Shown: positions 16,037 through 21,290 of the stretch, in pieces | How the letters are laid out: each line of letters starts with the position of its first letter | Numbering within the stretch: position 1 is the stretch's first letter | Notes under the pieces: model-generated | Told to the model about the DNA's origin: nothing | Seen by the model: only the letters and a program-made list of their open reading frames with translations | Databases searched by the model: none | Virus record (IMG/VR): IMGVR_UViG_2657244961_000005 | Length of the DNA: 21,290 nt | Reading direction: 5' to 3' (one strand) | Origin: a virus | Lineage: Duplodnaviria > Heunggongvirae > Uroviricota > Caudoviricetes | Program-made: the position numbers and the translations under genes

Positions 16037-17107
16037 TTACCCCCTGAAGCCCGGCGGAATTTCGTTATCCGGTTCAGAAATATGATTCACACAACGCTGG
16101 TTGTTCGTGCCGCTTACCGGGAGCAACCAGGGGTTCTCAAAATTCCGGTCCGGTCCAAAAAACGTCGTCGCTCGCTGAACAAATTCCGTTCCCGTTTTCC
16201 CGGTAGCCGCCAAGTATCTTGCGTAACGCCTCACGCCATCCAGCATGGCCTCTGGTGGCACCCCCTCGCGTAATCTGGCCTTCCAGGCACTGAAAGCGGA
16301 TTTCTTCGGGTTTGCCCCAGCACGCAACGGGTACTCCCGCCAGACCTGTTCGAACACATCCGGATAATCCACTCGTCCCACAGACTGCCCGGTGTTTTCC
16401 GGGACTACCCGATCGGCTTCCCGCTGAATGGCGGAATCGGCTTCGGGCTGCTGCAGTTGGTGTGATTGCTCCGGCCTTGCGGTCATCACCTGCTGCACAG
16501 CGCCCGAATCGGCTTTCAGCGCATACGCTGAATCGGCTTCCGGTGTCGTGCCTGCTGGCTGACCAAGATTGACGGTCTGAACATCCCCTGCCTGGTTCGT
16601 GGCGTTTTTTACGCCATGGACCATAGTGTTTTGATCTTCTTGATCTGTATCTTTATCTGTATCTTTATCTGTCGTGACTCGTCGTGACATGTGCGTGACA
16701 TTTCGTGACGCGCCGTGACAATCGCCATTTTGTTCCCGCTTTCTTTCCCTCTCTCGCTGCGCCCTCTTGCGCTCTGCAGGAGATTTTGCGGTTTGCGAAA
16801 TATTGCCGTTGTCCTCTTTAAGCACCTGGCGTTTTTCCCATCCAGTGATTAAATCACCATCAAGTACCCGCCCCTGCATCGTCTGCAAAATTGAATCAAT
16901 TACCTCTTCTGTCACGTCGAGCGCACTTGCCAAATCTTCTGTCGTGACATCAATGTGACCTCGCGTGACATTTCGTGACGCGCTCACCAGGAGGTGGATA
17001 TACACTGCCATCACTGTTGCAATTGGCTGCCCTGACACCCTGGCAATTGTTCGCCACTTAGGGTCATTTGGCATGTCATGCCATAATCTGAGCCAGGCGT
17101 TAGCCAT
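16037..17107 (-). CDS. Phage replication protein: N-terminal replisome-organiser-like region and DnaT-like C-terminus; contains iteron-like repeats
   Basis: ATG at 17107 with GAGGTGA SD (ORF track starts at GTG 17113); C-terminal ...VNHISEPDNEIPPGFRG parallels the E. coli DnaT C-terminus (...SEPDSQIPPGFRG) as I recall it; internal CGTGAC repeat arrays. Confidence 0.75.
   Translation of the reverse strand: MANAWLRLWHDMPNDPKWRTIARVSGQPIATVMAVYIHLLVSASRNVTRGHIDVTTEDLASALDVTEEVIDSILQTMQGRVLDGDLITGWEKRQVLKEDNGNISQTAKSPAERKRAQRERERKREQNGDCHGASRNVTHMSRRVTTDKDTDKDTDQEDQNTMVHGVKNATNQAGDVQTVNLGQPAGTTPEADSAYALKADSGAVQQVMTARPEQSHQLQQPEADSAIQREADRVVPENTGQSVGRVDYPDVFEQVWREYPLRAGANPKKSAFSAWKARLREGVPPEAMLDGVRRYARYLAATGKTGTEFVQRATTFFGPDRNFENPWLLPVSGTNNQRCVNHISEPDNEIPPGFRG
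16643..16672. repeat. Tandem 12-nt repeat (atctgtatcttt, about 2.5 copies) inside the replication gene
   Basis: Read directly; encodes the DKDTDKDTD segment on the minus strand. Confidence 0.6.
16673..16719. repeat. Iteron-like array 1: five CGTGAC motifs at about 10-11 bp phasing
   Basis: CGTGAC starts at 16673, 16683, 16694, 16704, 16714; helical periodicity; inside the replication initiator gene, as for lambda ori inside O. Confidence 0.5.
16912..16983. repeat. Iteron-like array 2, including a 21-nt exact copy of part of array 1
   Basis: GTCACG (inverted) at 16912; CGTGAC at 16943, 16964, 16974; TGTGAC at 16954; gcgtgacatttcgtgacgcgc occurs at both 16693-16713 and 16963-16983. Confidence 0.45.
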
Positions 17108-17178
17108 ACTCACCTCTTCTGATACCGAATCTTTTTACTCACGAGTTGCCGGAAGCGATTCGATATGGCTATTGTCAG

Positions 17179-17604
17179 TCAATGTACTGCCACAGCATTT
17201 CCTGCCGGGCCACCACGGTTCATCTGATTGAAACCGGCGATTGCCACTGCGACAAAATCATCAGCGTCTCTCACCAGTCGCTCCCGCGTCTCCACCAGCT
17301 CCCGAAAATAAGCTGAACTGTGGCTGCGCATTCTGGCCACCAGCAAAGGTGGCATTGCCTTTTCGATCGCTGGTAACAACGCCTGAATTTTTTCAACTGC
17401 ATCAGGGGTGTCTTTCTCTATCCAGCGGAAAATTTTCTGGGTATTGCGAGCCAGGGCTTCCGGATGGCTGTCGTCGTACAGTTCAGGAAACGTCATACCC
17501 AACTCAAAATAAGCCTGGGTTATTCCAGCTGCCGGAACTTTTTCGCCATCAGGACGCGCCCAGGCATTCATCGCCATGCGGATGTGTTCATGCTTGATTT
17601 TCAT
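17179..17604 (-). CDS. YdaT-like phage protein (putative regulator/toxin family)
   Basis: 141 aa from ATG at 17604 (MKIKHEHIRMAMNAW...) with AGGGGGG-type SD; family assignment from memory of Rac YdaT. Confidence 0.55.
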   Translation of the reverse strand: MKIKHEHIRMAMNAWARPDGEKVPAAGITQAYFELGMTFPELYDDSHPEALARNTQKIFRWIEKDTPDAVEKIQALLPAIEKAMPPLLVARMRSHSSAYFRELVETRERLVRDADDFVAVAIAGFNQMNRGGPAGNAVAVH

Positions 17605-17632
17605 GAATCCCCCCTTGGTTAGAAGGCGGATT

Positions 17633-19651
17633 ATGATCAGAACCGGGAATGACAACCGTCGGTATGTGTATCCGGAGCTTAAGTTGCACGCCATTGGGTG
17701 GGTTAAGCATAAATGTATTCCTGGTGCTAAATGGCCCGAAATTCAGGCAGAGATGCGCATCTGGAAAAAACGTCGCGAAGGTGAACGCAAGGAAACCGGA
17801 AAATACACGTCTGTTGTTGATCTCGCCCGCGCCAGAACCAATCAACAGTACACTGAAAATTCAACAGGAAAAATCAGCCCGGTCATTGCTGCCATTCATC
17901 GCGAATACAAGCAGACATGGAAAACACTGGATGACGAACTGGCCTACGCTCTCTGGCCTGGTGATGTGGATGCCGGAAACATTGACGGCAGCATCCATCG
18001 CTGGGCAAAAAAAGAAGTTATCGACAACGACCGCGAAGACTGGAAGCGTATCTCGGCATCAATGCGCAAACAGCCTGATGCCCTTCGCTACGACCGCCAG
18101 ACTATTTTTGGCCTTGTCCGTGAGCGTCCGATCGACATTCACAAAGATCCCATAGCACTGAACAAATATATCTGCGAATACCTGACGACAAAGGGCGTGT
18201 TTGAGAATGAAGAAACAGACCTGGGCACTGTTGATGTTCTCCAGTCATCAGAAACACAAACTGATGCAGTGGAAACTGAGGTATCTGATATCCCAAAAAA
18301 TGAAACCGCGCCGGAAGCTGAACCATCTGTAGAGCGTGAGGGGCCGTTCTATTTCCTCTTCGCAGATAAGGACGGAGAAAAATACGGTCGCGCAAACAAA
18401 CTTTCTGGTCTGGATAAGGCACTGGCTGCTGGCGCCACTGAAATCACAAAAGAAGAATATTTTGCCCGAAAAAATGGCACATACACGGGCTTACCGCAAA
18501 ATGTAGATACCGCTGAAGATTCAGAACAACCAGAGCCGATAAAAGTTACCGCTGACGAAGTAAACAAAATTATGCAGGCAGCCAATATCAGCCAGCCTGA
18601 CGCCGATGAACTGCTTGCAGTATCACGTGGTGAATTTGTTGAAGGGATTAGCGACCCGAATGATCCGAAATGGATTAAGGGGATCCAGACCCGCGATTCT
18701 GTGAACCAGAACCAGCAAGAAACGGAACAGAACGACCAGAAAGCGGAACAAAACAGCCCAAATACGCAACAAAACGAGCCAGAAACGAAACAACCTGAAC
18801 CAGTAGTGCAACAGGAACCGGAAAAGATCTGCACCGCCTGCGGTCAGAGCGGTGGCGGCAACTGCCCTGATTGTGGTGCGGTGATGGGTGACGCAACATA
18901 CCAGGAAATATTCGATGGAGAGAATCAGCCTGAAGTTCAGGAAAATGATCCGGAGGAAATGGAAGGCACTGCGCATCAGCACAAGGAGAACACTGGCGGC
19001 AATCAGCATCATGCCAGCGATAGTGAAACTGGCGAGGCGTCAGATCCCTTAATTAAGGCAAACGGTCATCATAATCTCACATCCACCAGCAGAGCGGGGA
19101 TTCATCTGATGATCGACCTTGAAACCATGGGAAAAAATCCCGATGCCCCGATTATCTCAATAGGTGCAATATTTTTCGATCCGCAAACCGGAGATATGGG
19201 ACCGGAATTTAGTAAGACTATCGATCTGGAAACTGCTGGCGGAGTCATTGATCGGGACACCATTAAATGGTGGCTTAAACAATCACGCGAAGCGCAATCT
19301 GCCATTATGACCGATGAAATCCCGTTAGATGATGCACTGTTACAATTGCGGGAATTTATCGACGAAAACTCCGGTGAATTTTTTGTTCATGTCTGGGGAA
19401 ATGGAGCCAACTTCGACAACACGATTTTGCGCCGTTCATACGAACGGCAGGAGATCCCCTGCCCGTGGCGTTACTACAACGATCGCGATGTACGCACAAT
19501 CGTTGAGCTGGGGAAAGCCATAGACTTCGATGCCAGAACGGCTATTCCATTCGAAGGTGAGCGCCATAATGCACTTGATGACGCCCGTTACCAGGCAAAA
19601 TACGTTTCAGTTATCTGGCAAAAACTGATCCCGAGTCAGGCTGATTCTTAA
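17633..19651 (+). CDS. Chimeric exonuclease: RecE-like N-terminal/middle region, Q/E-rich linker, Cys4 motif, C-terminal DEDDh (DnaQ-like) 3'-5' exonuclease domain
   Basis: 672 aa from ATG at 17633 (AAGG SD); segment DELLAVSRGEFVEGISDPNDPKWIKGIQTRD resembles RecE as I recall it; CTACGQSGGGNCPDCG motif; exo motifs MIDLETMG, GNGANFD and HNALDDARY. Confidence 0.75.
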   Translation: MIRTGNDNRRYVYPELKLHAIGWVKHKCIPGAKWPEIQAEMRIWKKRREGERKETGKYTSVVDLARARTNQQYTENSTGKISPVIAAIHREYKQTWKTLDDELAYALWPGDVDAGNIDGSIHRWAKKEVIDNDREDWKRISASMRKQPDALRYDRQTIFGLVRERPIDIHKDPIALNKYICEYLTTKGVFENEETDLGTVDVLQSSETQTDAVETEVSDIPKNETAPEAEPSVEREGPFYFLFADKDGEKYGRANKLSGLDKALAAGATEITKEEYFARKNGTYTGLPQNVDTAEDSEQPEPIKVTADEVNKIMQAANISQPDADELLAVSRGEFVEGISDPNDPKWIKGIQTRDSVNQNQQETEQNDQKAEQNSPNTQQNEPETKQPEPVVQQEPEKICTACGQSGGGNCPDCGAVMGDATYQEIFDGENQPEVQENDPEEMEGTAHQHKENTGGNQHHASDSETGEASDPLIKANGHHNLTSTSRAGIHLMIDLETMGKNPDAPIISIGAIFFDPQTGDMGPEFSKTIDLETAGGVIDRDTIKWWLKQSREAQSAIMTDEIPLDDALLQLREFIDENSGEFFVHVWGNGANFDNTILRRSYERQEIPCPWRYYNDRDVRTIVELGKAIDFDARTAIPFEGERHNALDDARYQAKYVSVIWQKLIPSQADS

Positions 19652-19723
19652 TGTTCAACTGTCGCCGGTTGTGACTGGTATTCTGCAACCGGCGCTCGTC
19701 TGATGTAAGAGATAAAGAAATCG

Positions 19724-19975
19724 ATGAGCGAAGTAATCATGATTGTCTCTCCCGGCAAATGGGTATCCGAAGAGCAGTTAATTGCGCTGAAAGGAATAAA
19801 AAAAGGTACGTTAAAAAAGGCCCGGGAAAAATCGTTTATGGAAGGAAGGGAATATAAGCATGTCGCTCATGACGGTATGCCATGGGATAACAGTCCATGC
19901 TTTTACAACCTGGAAGAAATTGATCGCTGGATTGAGCGCCAGGCATCAGCGAGACCAAGACGTCATCTTACTTGA
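19724..19975 (+). CDS. Excisionase-like protein (Xis)
   Basis: 83-aa basic protein immediately upstream of the integrase in the same orientation. Confidence 0.6.
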   Translation: MSEVIMIVSPGKWVSEEQLIALKGIKKGTLKKAREKSFMEGREYKHVAHDGMPWDNSPCFYNLEEIDRWIERQASARPRRHLT

Positions 19976-19994
19976 CTAAAAGCCACACTAACTA

Positions 19995-21290
19995 ATGAGA
20001 GAAGTTGAAATGAAATATCCGACAGGCGTGGAAAACCATGGAGGGAAATTACGTATCTGGTTTGTTTATAAAGGCGTAAGAGTCAGGGAAAATCTGGGGG
20101 TTCCTGACACAGCAAAAAACAGGCGCGTTGCAGGTGAACTACGCGCCTCTGTTTGTTACGCAATAAAAACTGGTGTTTTCGACTATGCAAAACAGTTTCC
20201 CTCCTCACGCAATCTGGAAAAATTTGGTGAGGCCCGACAAGATTTAACCATAAAAGAACTGGCTGAAAAATTTCTGGCACTGAAAGAAACTGAAGTCGCC
20301 AAAACATCACTCAACACATACCGTGCCGTCATCAAAAATATCCTGAGCATAATCGGTGAAAAAAATCTTGCCTCATCGATTAATAAAGAAAAATTACTGG
20401 AGGTTCGTAAAGAGTTACTGACTGGATACCAGATCCCCAAAAGTAACTATATTGTTACACAACCAGGGAGATCGGCTGTAACTGTAAATAATTACATGAC
20501 AAATCTTAACGCCGTGTTCCAGTTTGGTGTTGATAACGGTTACCTGGCAGATAATCCGTTTAAGGGGATCTCGCCATTAAAGGAATCAAGAACCATTCCG
20601 GATCCTCTTTCGCGGGAAGAATTTATCCGTCTTATCGATGCGTGCAGAAATCAGCAAGCAAAAAATTTATGGTGTGTTTCTGTTTATACTGGCGTTCGCC
20701 CTGGTGAGCTGTGTGCACTTGGATGGGAGGACATAGATCTGAAAAATGGAACAATGATGATCAGGAGAAATTTAGCAAAAGACCGTTTCACGGTACCAAA
20801 AACACAGGCGGGAACCAATCGGGTCATTCATCTTATTAAGCCAGCAATCGACGCTCTCCGGAGTCAGATGACATTAACGAGACTGAGCAAAGAGCATATC
20901 ATTGATGTTCACCTCAGAGAGTATGGCAGAACAGAAAAACATAAATGCACCTTTGTTTTTCAACCTGAAGTGTCAGCGAGAGTAAAAAATTATGGTGACC
21001 ATTTTACCGTTGACTCAATAAGGCAGATGTGGGACGCAGCGATAAAACGTGCCGGACTCCGCCATCGAAAATCATATCAGTCGAGACATACTTATGCCTG
21101 CTGGTCGCTGACAGCTGGTGCTAACCCGGCATTTATAGCAAACCAGATGGGCCATGCAGATGCGCAAATGGTATTTCAGGTATACGGAAAATGGATGTCT
21201 GAAAACAATAATGCACAGGTAGCTTTGTTAAATACACAGTTAAGCGAGTTTGCCCCAACCATGCCCCATAACGAAGCAATGAAAAATTAA
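19995..21290 (+). CDS. Tyrosine-type site-specific integrase
   Basis: 431 aa (start may be the ATG at 20010); conserved R...HxxR...Y catalytic region (SRHTYACW, MGHADAQMVFQVYGKW); terminal gene of the element. Confidence 0.9.
   Translation: MREVEMKYPTGVENHGGKLRIWFVYKGVRVRENLGVPDTAKNRRVAGELRASVCYAIKTGVFDYAKQFPSSRNLEKFGEARQDLTIKELAEKFLALKETEVAKTSLNTYRAVIKNILSIIGEKNLASSINKEKLLEVRKELLTGYQIPKSNYIVTQPGRSAVTVNNYMTNLNAVFQFGVDNGYLADNPFKGISPLKESRTIPDPLSREEFIRLIDACRNQQAKNLWCVSVYTGVRPGELCALGWEDIDLKNGTMMIRRNLAKDRFTVPKTQAGTNRVIHLIKPAIDALRSQMTLTRLSKEHIIDVHLREYGRTEKHKCTFVFQPEVSARVKNYGDHFTVDSIRQMWDAAIKRAGLRHRKSYQSRHTYACWSLTAGANPAFIANQMGHADAQMVFQVYGKWMSENNNAQVALLNTQLSEFAPTMPHNEAMKN

Larger units (their letters stand above)
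1285..21290. mobile_element. Defective lambdoid prophage (int/xis, replication, Q, lysis, tail-fibre modules present; morphogenesis and immunity modules absent); continues beyond right edge
   Basis: Contiguous phage-type genes from tail-fibre assembly (3019) to integrase (21290); phage tRNAs; hok; RusA; Q; holin/endolysin. Confidence 0.85.

Noticed and set aside
17649-18155. 168-aa plus-strand ORF in an alternative frame of the exonuclease gene
   Set aside because: Completely embedded in the better-supported frame; no independent start signals.
18349-19012. Minus-strand ORFs (161, 129 and 74 aa) inside the exonuclease gene
   Set aside because: Antisense to a well-supported gene within its Q/E-rich low-complexity segment; repetitive low-complexity translations; no RBS.
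1-21290. CRISPR arrays, IS elements or transposase genes
   Set aside because: No regularly spaced repeat-spacer arrays and no transposase-like ORF or terminal inverted repeats seen; the only mobility gene is the phage integrase.

Overview
Almost the whole window is a defective lambdoid prophage (mosaic, Qin/DLP12-like by my recollection of E. coli K-12 cryptic prophages) abutting an N-terminally truncated MFS transporter gene (ydfJ-like) at the left edge. The right block on the plus strand is an exonuclease-like gene, excisionase and tyrosine integrase (17633-21290). Everything else is on the minus strand, read right to left: YdaT-like gene, DnaT-like replication gene with embedded iteron-like repeats, a 140-aa unknown, an AT-rich two-gene cassette (13403-15442), hok toxin, a Rem-position ORF, YdfU/DUF968, RusA, Q antiterminator, a pR'-like promoter and tR'-like terminator, tRNA(CAU), a degenerate tRNA-like element with a 13-C tract, tRNA-Arg(UCU), two paralogous lipoproteins whose C-termini resemble TolA domain III, a pinholin/SAR-endolysin/spanin lysis cassette, a chimeric side-tail-fibre ORF and a tail-fibre assembly gene. 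There are no head/tail morphogenesis genes and no repressor/cro/N region, so the element is cryptic. The best candidate for an undescribed system is the AT-rich cassette at 13403-15442: two tightly coupled genes, one with a possible HEPN-like Rx4H motif and one with a GNAT-like C-terminus. All family assignments are from reading the ORF translations and recalled motifs; no database search was run.
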